From Bdellovibrionales bacterium (GTDB lineage: Bacteria; Bdellovibrionota; Bdellovibrionia; Bdellovibrionales; DASUEL01), in NCBI GenBank assembly GCA_050250255.1, contig JBFWOZ010000012.1, forward strand, positions 11,620 to 75,619: DNA of 64,000 bases. The letters run 5' to 3'. Position numbers and translations under genes: made by a program. Shown in pieces: positions 1 to 8,576 of this stretch. Within the stretch, counting starts at the first letter, position 1. Each line of letters begins with the position of its first letter. A model generated the notes under the pieces. It saw nothing but the letters and a program-made list of their open reading frames with translations, did no database searches and was not told the DNA's origin.

Positions 1-2242
1 GACGAAGGGAAAAGAAACTGTACGTACACGTGGGAAAATGAAAAGTGCAGTCGAGGAAAGAATTGAAGTAAAGTGTAAGCCGGAAGAGGTTCCTAAAGAG
101 GGTGATTGGGAGCAAGTAGGTACATCTGATGATGGCGATCCTATTTGGATGTTGAAGACCAAAAAGAAATCAATCCACAAAGATAAAAAGGGCTCTTACG
201 TATTCAAAGGCAAGGCTCCACCTGTCATGGGAGAAAATGGCTGGCAGATTCCAGAGGGTGGAACTTTAGGTTTTACCGAAATGGCACCTGAAGCCTTATT
301 GTCGACGGCAAGTCCAGAGCACATGGAAGAAAGTGAAAACCGTCCATCGGTAGACTCGGTGGGTGAAGATAGGAAAGAAGGAAGCACTCGACGTACTCGT
401 AGCTCTGACGAAGAAGACGAACCTTCAATGGACGCATATTCCAGTAAAGATGAGGAAGAAGATGAGGGCGGATCTGCCAGGGCTCAGTCTACGGCGCTCC
501 CCAATGGTTTCTCGGAAGAAGAGAGCTCCGAATCAAAAGGCCCGGAAGAAGAGAGCGAAAAAAATCAACAGTTTTCGAAATCTGGTTCGGAAAAAAAACC
601 AAAGCTGAATATCCGAACCTCTGAAGAGGCTAATGAAGAAACTGATGAAGAAAAGAGCGCTCGACAGAGCTCTAAAGAATTATCTAAGAAGGAAAAAGAA
701 GAGCGCCAGCTCACCGTCAAAAAAGAAAAAGAAGAACGCGAAATAAAAAGAAAAGAAGCTGGGCTAAAACGTTTAGAGGAAAAGAAGGCCGCGCTCGATG
801 CACGCGCGAAAGAAAAAGCTGAGGCCGAGGCGTTAAAAAAGCAAGAGGTCGAAAAGACAAGGCAAGCTGAGGAAGAGCGCCAAGCACGAGTTGCAGAAAG
901 AGTTCTCGATAGAGAAAAGAAGAGAAGAGAAGAAGCTGAAGAAAAAGAGGGATCTGAAAAAAGTCGCACGCCTTCAAGCTCAGAAGAAAGCAAACAGAAA
1001 TCAACCTTTGCTACAGGCGTGGAGTCTTCTGAGGAAGACAACTCTAAAGGACATGCCGGAACAATATCCGAAACCAAAGAAAAATCGTCTTTCGAAAGTA
1101 ACCTAGAGGCACAAAAGAAAGAAAATGAAACCCCCTCTCGACAGCAAGCTTTGTCGGAAGAAGGGGGAGCAACTTTAGAGAAAGAGCGCCAAGGCGGATC
1201 TCTAGAGGCAGAAGAAAAAAAGAAGGAGATACTTAAAAGGACGATGCAAGAGAAGACTCGGGCACAACGCGAACAGCTTGAAAGGCTTGAGAAAGAAAAG
1301 CTTGAGCGCGAACAGGTTCAAGCAGCAAAGACACAGAGCGAAAGAGCGCAGGCAGAGGCCCAAGAAATCGAGGCAAAAAAGAAGCGAGATCTAACGGCCG
1401 CTCAAGAGATGGCACCAGCTACCGTCGAGGTTCAGGCACAGGGAGAGGCTATTCAGGCCACGGTTGATCCCAACCATGCGGACATGGTAGCAGAGCAAGG
1501 TAAGGCCAGTGACGGGATGCTTGTTAGGAATAAAACAAAACTTTTTGGCAAACGTGCAGATTCTGTTTTTGCTGAATGTGTTGTGAAAGCTCTTGAATCC
1601 ACCATCATCTCTGGAGTTGAGGGTGAAAAAGTCATTCCTCTTAAGTTGTCTCAGACCATAGATTGCATCCCCATCAACTCAACAAGATTTAAGGGCATAC
1701 TTATTTATTCATCAAGCGGTGAAACTCCGCTCGGCCCAGAATTTACTCGCTCAATGAAGAACTTTCTTTTAGAGCAGATGAATGCACGCGGCGAAGATTT
1801 AAAAGATGAGGGCGAACTCACACTTTCAATCGCGGCCTTTGAGTTTGTGCAAGTCGCCAGTGAATTTGCTGAATTTTTAACTGTGACATCTCATGCTGGT
1901 GCAGAAATTGGTATGGCCTTTATTCAGAGTGAAGGTGTTTTCCCAGCTTTAAAATCTAATGAAGAGGGGATGGTCTCTGTGGAAGTACAGAATGTGGACC
2001 CTGGCGAGCCAGTGGGATTTGATGCTTACATCCATCTACCCTTGAATAAAAAATACGTAAAGTACGTGAAAAAAGGTGGAACCCTAGAGGCCAAGCGCAA
2101 AGACAATTTAGCAGAGTTTTCTTATAAGCACTTTTACGTGAAAGACAATGAAGTAAAAGAGCTCAAGGGCCATTGTGCATCTGCTTTTGTGCAAAGAATG
2201 GTGAGACAATTCACAGGAATGGTTCAGCCAAAGGCGTCTTAG
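1..2242 (+). CDS. Large Glu/Lys-rich low-complexity/coiled-coil protein with a globular C-terminal domain (probably 5'-truncated by the window)
   Basis: The ORF 38..2242 frame is open back to the window start. A long E/K/S-rich linker is followed by a folded C-terminal region (…FDAYIHLPLNKKYVKYVKKGG…). Confidence 0.75.
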   Translation, partial: TKGKETVRTRGKMKSAVEERIEVKCKPEEVPKEGDWEQVGTSDDGDPIWMLKTKKKSIHKDKKGSYVFKGKAPPVMGENGWQIPEGGTLGFTEMAPEALLSTASPEHMEESENRPSVDSVGEDRKEGSTRRTRSSDEEDEPSMDAYSSKDEEEDEGGSARAQSTALPNGFSEEESSESKGPEEESEKNQQFSKSGSEKKPKLNIRTSEEANEETDEEKSARQSSKELSKKEKEERQLTVKKEKEEREIKRKEAGLKRLEEKKAALDARAKEKAEAEALKKQEVEKTRQAEEERQARVAERVLDREKKRREEAEEKEGSEKSRTPSSSEESKQKSTFATGVESSEEDNSKGHAGTISETKEKSSFESNLEAQKKENETPSRQQALSEEGGATLEKERQGGSLEAEEKKKEILKRTMQEKTRAQREQLERLEKEKLEREQVQAAKTQSERAQAEAQEIEAKKKRDLTAAQEMAPATVEVQAQGEAIQATVDPNHADMVAEQGKASDGMLVRNKTKLFGKRADSVFAECVVKALESTIISGVEGEKVIPLKLSQTIDCIPINSTRFKGILIYSSSGETPLGPEFTRSMKNFLLEQMNARGEDLKDEGELTLSIAAFEFVQVASEFAEFLTVTSHAGAEIGMAFIQSEGVFPALKSNEEGMVSVEVQNVDPGEPVGFDAYIHLPLNKKYVKYVKKGGTLEAKRKDNLAEFSYKHFYVKDNEVKELKGHCASAFVQRMVRQFTGMVQPKAS

Positions 2243-2688
2243 TACGCCTTTGTGACCTTCTGAAACAACTTTGTTTCTTCATTAAATTTAAAAACATTCA
2301 AATGTGCCGTAAGATTGTGATCAACAGTAGGGGAGACGATTTCGAGGCGTTGGTCTCCATCAACATCGTCGACCGCTAAATTGGTGAATTGTCCGTTAAT
2401 AGAAAAATAGCTATCGCGGTTTTCGCTTAAGGTGATCGTATCAATAAGAATGCGAGTTCCTGAATGAGTGGGAACATACACTTCTAGGAAGAGTCTATCT
2501 CCAGCTCTGATCTTCACAACTTGCACGGGAGTACCATCACCCAAAATATCACCGACGACGGTGGAAAGAATCTCGCGTTTTTCTGATAAAAATAAACCCT
2601 GAACATGTGCGCGTGATGGTGAGTGGAGAGCAATAAAAATTCCGGTGAAGCTCAAGGCAGAAAGTACGAAGTAAGCAAGTCTTTGCAT
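2239..2688 (-). CDS. Membrane-anchored hypothetical protein with FG-GAP-like repeats
   Basis: N-terminal hydrophobic helix; motifs VVGDILGDG and LAVDDVDGDQRLEIV; SD-like AAGGGGA upstream. Confidence 0.7.
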   Translation of the reverse strand: MQRLAYFVLSALSFTGIFIALHSPSRAHVQGLFLSEKREILSTVVGDILGDGTPVQVVKIRAGDRLFLEVYVPTHSGTRILIDTITLSENRDSYFSINGQFTNLAVDDVDGDQRLEIVSPTVDHNLTAHLNVFKFNEETKLFQKVTKAY

Positions 2689-2962
2689 AGTGTCCCCTTT
2701 TTCTTATTTACATTACAAAAAACGGACCATAATTATTTTGAAAGTTGAAATAAAACTGAGTGTTTTCAGCTATTTACGATGTGTACAGAGTGTCTCTATT
2801 TTGGGCGTTGTAGGGAAAGTGAGTGAGACCGAAAGATTCTCAAAATGAGACTGAGATAACGATTTGAAAAGACAGCTATTTTTCAATTCCTGCAGAGGAA
2901 TACGAGAACATGAGCAGCTGTCAAAAAAGTACCATCTTTTTATGTGAGTGTTATTGTGAGCT

Positions 2963-3841
2963 ATGCCTTATTTGCTTTCTGTAGGTGCGAACCTTTTCTT
3001 TAGTATCGCTTCGATCTACTTCGCCATTTTCTCAAAAAGGACCTCTGTACTTTGGATGAATCTCACCAAAACGGGTGTGGCACTTATCTCTGCGGGACTC
3101 GTCCTTCTGATCTCCCGTCCTGACTGGTGGCCGGGGATCAATCACGCTTCGCCATTTCTTTTGAGTGGGATGATGGGTCTGGGCTTAGGCGACTTTTTTA
3201 TGCTCCTCGCATTTTTCCGCATAGGAGCTTCCCGCACACTTATGCTTTGGGGTTTTCAACCTATTGTTGTGGGGATTGGATGCTATTTTATTTTTGGCGA
3301 CGTGCTGGGCCTTTGGAAGCTGGTCGCGATTCTTTTTATGATGTGTTGTCTGTTCACGTTTAGTTACGAGGGATTTAAAGAAAAAGGTCATTGGGAGTTT
3401 TTGGGTCTTTTGTATGCGCTTATTGGTATGTCTTTAGATGCGAGCTCAGTCGTCCTGACCAAGTGGGCATTTGGTCAGGCGCCTTTGATCGTACCGTTAC
3501 AAGCACAGCTCTTAAGATGTAGCGGTGCTCTTTTTATTTTAGTCGTACTTTATTTTTTAAAATCAGGGCGCTATTGGGCGATGTGGAAAGAAATGCCGGC
3601 GCAAGATCGTGGGCTTATTTTTGCGGCAAGCTTTCTTGGAACTTTTCTTTCCCTTTTTTTATCTCTTACCGCAATTCAAACAGGTCACTTGCCATCAATT
3701 GCTGCGATTGGTGTGACATGTCCTCTTTTTACAGGAATTTTTGAACACTTCTATGAAAAAAAATGGCCCAACGCTACTTTTTTAGCGGCGACACTGTTTT
3801 TTATTGTCGGCTTTGCTATGCTGATGTCAGATCATTATTAG
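2963..3841 (+). CDS. EamA/DMT family transporter
   Basis: About 10 hydrophobic helices in two repeats, 292 aa; LSGMMGLGLGD…RIGASRT pattern. Confidence 0.85.
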   Translation: MPYLLSVGANLFFSIASIYFAIFSKRTSVLWMNLTKTGVALISAGLVLLISRPDWWPGINHASPFLLSGMMGLGLGDFFMLLAFFRIGASRTLMLWGFQPIVVGIGCYFIFGDVLGLWKLVAILFMMCCLFTFSYEGFKEKGHWEFLGLLYALIGMSLDASSVVLTKWAFGQAPLIVPLQAQLLRCSGALFILVVLYFLKSGRYWAMWKEMPAQDRGLIFAASFLGTFLSLFLSLTAIQTGHLPSIAAIGVTCPLFTGIFEHFYEKKWPNATFLAATLFFIVGFAMLMSDHY

Positions 3842-3849
3842 GAGCCGCG

Positions 3850-4443
3850 ATGGATGTTTTTGAAGTCATAGAAAAAAGAAAATCTATTAGAAAATACAAG
3901 AACACGCCTATTCCTTCGGCACTTTTAGAAAAAATTCTGCAAGCAGGTATGCACGCACCCTCTGGAAAAAACAGGCAGAACTGGAGATTTTTCGTCGTTT
4001 CTGGAAAAAAACGAGACGAATATTTAAGGCTTTCGCAAAAATCTTGGCTTGGCATTAAGGATATCCTCGAAAAAAAATTAAAACCTTCTCTTTATCAGTT
4101 TACTGAGCGATTTTTTTATACGCTCGGTGAGGCGCCCGTAATAATATTTTGCTATTCCGTGAACTCCCAAGAGGAACGATATCATACGAGCATCGGATCG
4201 GTTTATATGGCTGTTCAGAATATGATTTTAGCCGCGGTAGCCTCTGGTCTCGGAACCTGTCCGATGGGAGCTCCACTTGAAATCAAAGACGAAGTGGATC
4301 GCTTTCTTAATATAGACCAATACCGAAAAGAAGAAGATGGAGACATGGAGCTTCTATGCGCTTTGGTGCTGGGCTATCCAGATCATGAGCCGCCGAAAGC
4401 GGCTCGACAAACTGACAAAAGAGTCAGGTACATTCAAGATTAA
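3850..4443 (+). CDS. Nitroreductase family protein
   Basis: RKSIRKY, APSGKNRQNWRF and AVQNMILAAVASGLGTC motifs. Start moved to ATG 3850 behind AGGAG. Confidence 0.9.
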   Translation: MDVFEVIEKRKSIRKYKNTPIPSALLEKILQAGMHAPSGKNRQNWRFFVVSGKKRDEYLRLSQKSWLGIKDILEKKLKPSLYQFTERFFYTLGEAPVIIFCYSVNSQEERYHTSIGSVYMAVQNMILAAVASGLGTCPMGAPLEIKDEVDRFLNIDQYRKEEDGDMELLCALVLGYPDHEPPKAARQTDKRVRYIQD

Positions 4444-5132
4444 TTAAGCGAGATAAATGAAATAAGCCTTCCGGTTCCACCCTCTCTTCGAAAAGAAAAA
4501 AAATCGGGATCAGAAAAAGTGTCTTTTTCTAGAGAGAAGAAACTCTTTAAATCCCCACCGTCTTCCACAAACTGATCCTTCACGATTGAAAGTAAATCCA
4601 CATATTTTTTATTAGGATCTGAGTGCGGCAATACAAATTGTTGGCCCCCTGGAGAAGCGAAGGAAAGTCTCTGGGCAACGTCAGCTCCAACTTCAAAAGA
4701 TTTTTTTGAGATATGAGGACCTGAGAAGCACATAACCTCTTTTGTGGAGAGTCCGTGAGTTTTCATCTGCTGAAGGGCGGCATTAAGAATACGAGTTTCA
4801 ACACCTTTCCACCCAGCATGAAGTGCTGCCACGTAACGTGTCGGTGGGTGATAAAGTAAGAGCGGAATACAGTCAGCCGTATGTATGCCAAGAGGAAAAA
4901 GAATCTCTTTTGTCCAATGCCCATCCGCCTCTTGTGGAGCGAATAGGGGAACGGCTTCAACAACCTGCGGCCCATGAACTTGCTTTAGAAAATAAATTGA
5001 AGGGATAGAAAAAATCTCTGAAAGCATTTCTGGTTGAGCTTTTTTGTTACTAAAAAACACAAGGGCGCCCGGGACTTCATACTGCCAGCCAATAACTTCT
5101 TTTTTGAAGTAAATGGTTTTTAGCGGGTACAA
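4440..5132 (-). CDS. pgeF: PgeF/YfiH family (laccase-domain, peptidoglycan editing/purine nucleoside phosphorylase)
   Basis: QVHG, ADG, TADCIP, HAGWKG and FFSFRR motifs; sits after rluD as usual. Confidence 0.92.
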   Translation of the reverse strand: MYPLKTIYFKKEVIGWQYEVPGALVFFSNKKAQPEMLSEIFSIPSIYFLKQVHGPQVVEAVPLFAPQEADGHWTKEILFPLGIHTADCIPLLLYHPPTRYVAALHAGWKGVETRILNAALQQMKTHGLSTKEVMCFSGPHISKKSFEVGADVAQRLSFASPGGQQFVLPHSDPNKKYVDLLSIVKDQFVEDGGDLKSFFSLEKDTFSDPDFFSFRREGGTGRLISFISLN

Positions 5133-5135
5133 GAC

Positions 5136-6092
5136 TTAAGCCCTCTCTGCTAGAGATTTCTGTAAATTTAAAAAGCTTACGGGAGCTACTGCTTTAAATT
5201 GAAGTTCTTTTTTTGTAGTTGGATGAACGAACCCCAATTCACCCGCATGTAACGCAATTCCTTTATAGGTTTCAATTGCTTGGAGAATGTTTTTATAACG
5301 AACCATTCGGTCATAGCGTTGAGGACCGTAAATAGGATCCGAAATGATGGGGTGACCGAGTGAAGACATGTGTACACGAATTTGATGAGTACGACCCGTT
5401 CGCAGCTTCAGTTCAATTAAAGAGGCAAGCGGGGCATAGCTTGTAAGCAGTCGATACTCGGTAGAAGAAAACTTTCCATTTTTCACTACCACTGCAAATT
5501 TCTTACGGTTTCTTGGATCTCTGCCTATGAAAGTTTCAATCTTCATCTTTTGTTCTTTTGGAACTCCCAAGATAAGAGCTTGATAGACTCGATGTACGGT
5601 GTGTTGGCGAAACTGTTCAGATAAAGCTTCGTGGGCCCTATCATTTTTTGCCACTACAAGAAGCCCACTCGTATCTTTATCTAAACGATGTACTATGCCG
5701 GGACGCTTTTCATGGAAACCCATAGAGAGGTTTTTGGTGTGATGAATAAGGGCATTTACTAACGTGTCTTTTTCGTGCCCTTCGGCTGGGTGAACTACAA
5801 GTCCTGCTGGTTTGTTAATAACAATAAGATGTTCGTCCTCGTAATGGATATCGAGAGCTAAGTCTAAAGGAGTAATTTCGGAAGACGATATGGAAATTTG
5901 AATGGTGTAGCTTTCACCAAGGGCAGTTAGTCGAGAAGACTTTACCGCCTTTCCATTCAGAGTAACCCACCCCTGATCAATTAACTTTTGGGCTCGTGAT
6001 CTTGTTCGTATTTCTTCATGCGTGGAAAGCACTTTATCAAGTCGCATGTTAGAAAGCTCTTCGGTGATGGAAAATAAGATGTCAGTAATCAC
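5136..6092 (-). CDS. rluD: RluA-family 23S rRNA pseudouridine synthase (RluD)
   Basis: S4 domain (RLDKVL), NKPAGLVVHP, HRLDKDTSG and TGRTHQIRVH motifs. Confidence 0.93.
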   Translation of the reverse strand: MITDILFSITEELSNMRLDKVLSTHEEIRTRSRAQKLIDQGWVTLNGKAVKSSRLTALGESYTIQISISSSEITPLDLALDIHYEDEHLIVINKPAGLVVHPAEGHEKDTLVNALIHHTKNLSMGFHEKRPGIVHRLDKDTSGLLVVAKNDRAHEALSEQFRQHTVHRVYQALILGVPKEQKMKIETFIGRDPRNRKKFAVVVKNGKFSSTEYRLLTSYAPLASLIELKLRTGRTHQIRVHMSSLGHPIISDPIYGPQRYDRMVRYKNILQAIETYKGIALHAGELGFVHPTTKKELQFKAVAPVSFLNLQKSLAERA

Positions 6093-6772
6093 TTTTCACG
6101 TGATTGCTTAAAAAATTTCATGAAAGAACCAACTACTTGTTTCTCATTAAGGTTGAGTTGACGAGCTATCTGTGCCACAAACCCACGCACAAACACAGAG
6201 GCTGGCAAGGAGTGAAAATCATTTTCTTCGATGGCGACTAAATAGTTTCTGCCTACGCGAGACGCTTTAGAGAGTTGATCTAAATCTACATTCTTATAAA
6301 GACGAACTTTTTGAAGAAACGTCCCATCAAAAACTTGTTGGTTTTTGATTTCATCTTCCATAGCAGGATTAATGGTGTAATGACCAAAAGCAGTTCGATC
6401 AATATTAGGATCTTGCACTCCAGGGTTTTTCTTTTCGTCAGTGCCCTTTTTTTGGTTCTGTGAAGGCGCGTGATTATTATTGGAATCAAGAGTTTGTGCC
6501 GCTGGCTGTGTAGCTCTTAATTTATCGTCGTACTGTCTTCTCTTCAGAGGATTACCCAAAACCGCGTAGGCATCTTCAACGATACGAAGAAGTTCTTCCG
6601 CCTCTTCTTGAGTAAAAATAGAATAAAGGGCCGGGCTGTCAGAAGAATATGTCTGTTTGGCTCTCAGGAAGGCCTGATGAATTTCTTCGTGAGGAGCGTC
6701 AGGTGCAACCTCAAGAACTTCATAAAAATTCTGGGTGAAGCTTTTGATATCAAGAGCGTTGTTCGACTGCAT
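6089..6772 (-). CDS. J-like domain (HPD degenerate) fused to a RodZ-type HTH domain
   Basis: NFYEVLEV…AYAVLGNPLKRRQYD J fold; C-terminal GTFLQKVR…YLVAIEENDFHSLPASVFVRGFV HTH. Confidence 0.8.
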   Translation of the reverse strand: MQSNNALDIKSFTQNFYEVLEVAPDAPHEEIHQAFLRAKQTYSSDSPALYSIFTQEEAEELLRIVEDAYAVLGNPLKRRQYDDKLRATQPAAQTLDSNNNHAPSQNQKKGTDEKKNPGVQDPNIDRTAFGHYTINPAMEDEIKNQQVFDGTFLQKVRLYKNVDLDQLSKASRVGRNYLVAIEENDFHSLPASVFVRGFVAQIARQLNLNEKQVVGSFMKFFKQSREK

Positions 6773-6784
6773 ATTACCAAACCC

Positions 6785-7780
6785 TTAAGACACTTTTTTA
6801 AATTGTTGCCCAGGCATTTCTGCGATGTTGGGCTCAGCAAGCGTTCGTGTCATCTTAAATAAAGCAGAGGTTAAATTACTAAACGGCAAAGCAGACACGA
6901 GAGGTTGCTTCTTTCTTAAAGATTGCCAGGCTGTATTATCAAAGTCAATGGAGCCAGCGTAGTCTAGTTTTACACCAAAGTATTTTAGACAAACACTTTT
7001 CATAGCATTTCCGAGATCACTCTCGTGATGAGAGCGAGTTTGATTCAATATAAGTTTCAAATGAAGTTCGTCGAGCTGTGTTCTAAGCGACTTCCCTTCT
7101 AAAGGATTCACCGAAGAAACGTATTTAATTAAATCCGAAGGAGTCCTGATCCCTAATTTATTTTTTTGATCCATAGCCTCATCGATAATGCTTTGGATAC
7201 TGAGGTTGTCTTCTGCATGACGAAGCTTTCTATAGAACGCCGTTTTAATAAAACGGTAAGCATTCTCAATGGCAGTTGGTTCAGGGGTGGTAACGACAAT
7301 CGACTGATCTGCCGCAATGAAAAAATCCATCGTGGCTTCAGAAGTACCAGCACCCAAATCTAAAAAAATCAGACCGTGAGGTAGAGCGCGGATGGCTTTA
7401 ATGATTTTTTCTTTTGTTAAGCTTGTAAGCTCGGTTACATTAAGGGCATCGTTTGCGCCGCTGATAAAAGAAAGATTTGGAATATTACTCTCAGTAATGA
7501 TGTTTTCGAGATGAGGAATGCGTCCAGAAATAAAATCGCTAAGGCTATGTTTAGGATTTGGACTTCCTAAGCATGTATGCAAATTGGCTCCGCCAAGATC
7601 TAAATCAATGACTACAACCTTATGACCGAGCTGAGCCATGCATACGGCAAGATTAGAGCAGAGAAAACTTTTCCCTATACCGCCCTTTCCGCCTCCGAAC
7701 GCCCAAATGCGGGGAGTACCCGGAGAAAGGTGAGCATTCGGATAATTCAATATTTTGCTCGAAGCCGATGTATTGCGCAC
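6785..7780 (-). CDS. MinD/ParA family ATPase, FlhG/FleN-like
   Basis: Deviant Walker A GGKGGIGKS, DLDLGGANLH, DLGAG and TPEPTAIENAY motifs. Confidence 0.88.
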   Translation of the reverse strand: MRNTSASSKILNYPNAHLSPGTPRIWAFGGGKGGIGKSFLCSNLAVCMAQLGHKVVVIDLDLGGANLHTCLGSPNPKHSLSDFISGRIPHLENIITESNIPNLSFISGANDALNVTELTSLTKEKIIKAIRALPHGLIFLDLGAGTSEATMDFFIAADQSIVVTTPEPTAIENAYRFIKTAFYRKLRHAEDNLSIQSIIDEAMDQKNKLGIRTPSDLIKYVSSVNPLEGKSLRTQLDELHLKLILNQTRSHHESDLGNAMKSVCLKYFGVKLDYAGSIDFDNTAWQSLRKKQPLVSALPFSNLTSALFKMTRTLAEPNIAEMPGQQFKKVS

Positions 7781-7802
7781 AAAGAAGCCCTATATTTTTT
7801 GA

Positions 7803-8570
7803 TCAATTTTTTAAGTTAGGAGTTGCAACTTCTTGCAGGCCCCCAGCTTTCAATTTCTCTTCGGCCTCTGACGCACGTAAATAAAGGGGATTTATGCTTT
7901 TCCAATCAAGAAGTTGCATTGATTTTTCGTTGATATTTACCAACTGGCTTAAGGACGTTGCCGCTGGATAATCGTCCAGATCCTTTCTTCGAAGAAGGAG
8001 GCTTTTAAGGGAAGGTGAGAACAAATCTTTATAAAGTTCATAACCATCACCCAGACAAAGGGTGGGCTCTTTGATGTGTGACTCAATTTGAGATACTTCT
8101 GTACAAAGCGGACCAGTCGTTGGATTAAGGACACCGTTTGAATTTTCAAATTTTTGAAAAAAAACAAGATTCTTTTGTGCATTCACGAGCGCGATGACGG
8201 GAGTTTTTAAAGGAGCCGTTTGTTGGGCTAACACATGCAGTGAATTGAAAACGAGAGCGGGCTTTCCTAAAGAAAAACACAGCGCCTTCACGCAGTTAAT
8301 TGCTACGCGAATTCCAGTAAAACGGCCGGGACCGTGGCTGGTAGCGAACAATTCAATCTGATCTAAATTGATGTGAGCATCTTTTAAGCAAGATTCGATG
8401 GCTGGCAAAAGAAGTTCGCTATGTTGAGTGGCGCCGACAAAGCCTGGTTGTGCGGCTGTGATTTGATGGCCCGGACGAAACGACCAAGTTTTTGAAGCGA
8501 GCACTTGATCGTTTTGTGAAATGATTAAGCTTCCTACCGGAGAACTACATTCGATAGAAAGCGTGCGCAT
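7803..8570 (-). CDS. tsaB: tRNA threonylcarbamoyladenosine biosynthesis protein TsaB
   Basis: HSELLLPAI, GPGRFTGIRV and C-terminal PLYLRASEAE motifs. Confidence 0.93.
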   Translation of the reverse strand: MRTLSIECSSPVGSLIISQNDQVLASKTWSFRPGHQITAAQPGFVGATQHSELLLPAIESCLKDAHINLDQIELFATSHGPGRFTGIRVAINCVKALCFSLGKPALVFNSLHVLAQQTAPLKTPVIALVNAQKNLVFFQKFENSNGVLNPTTGPLCTEVSQIESHIKEPTLCLGDGYELYKDLFSPSLKSLLLRRKDLDDYPAATSLSQLVNINEKSMQLLDWKSINPLYLRASEAEEKLKAGGLQEVATPNLKN

Positions 8571-8576
8571 GAAATC

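Noticed and set aside
6089..6772. Annotation as dnaJ or rodZ
   Set aside because: It lacks HPD and a TM helix; the true rodZ is at 57184..58263.
6785..7780. Assigning the symbol flhG or minD
   Set aside because: No flhF, minC or minE context; only the family can be supported.
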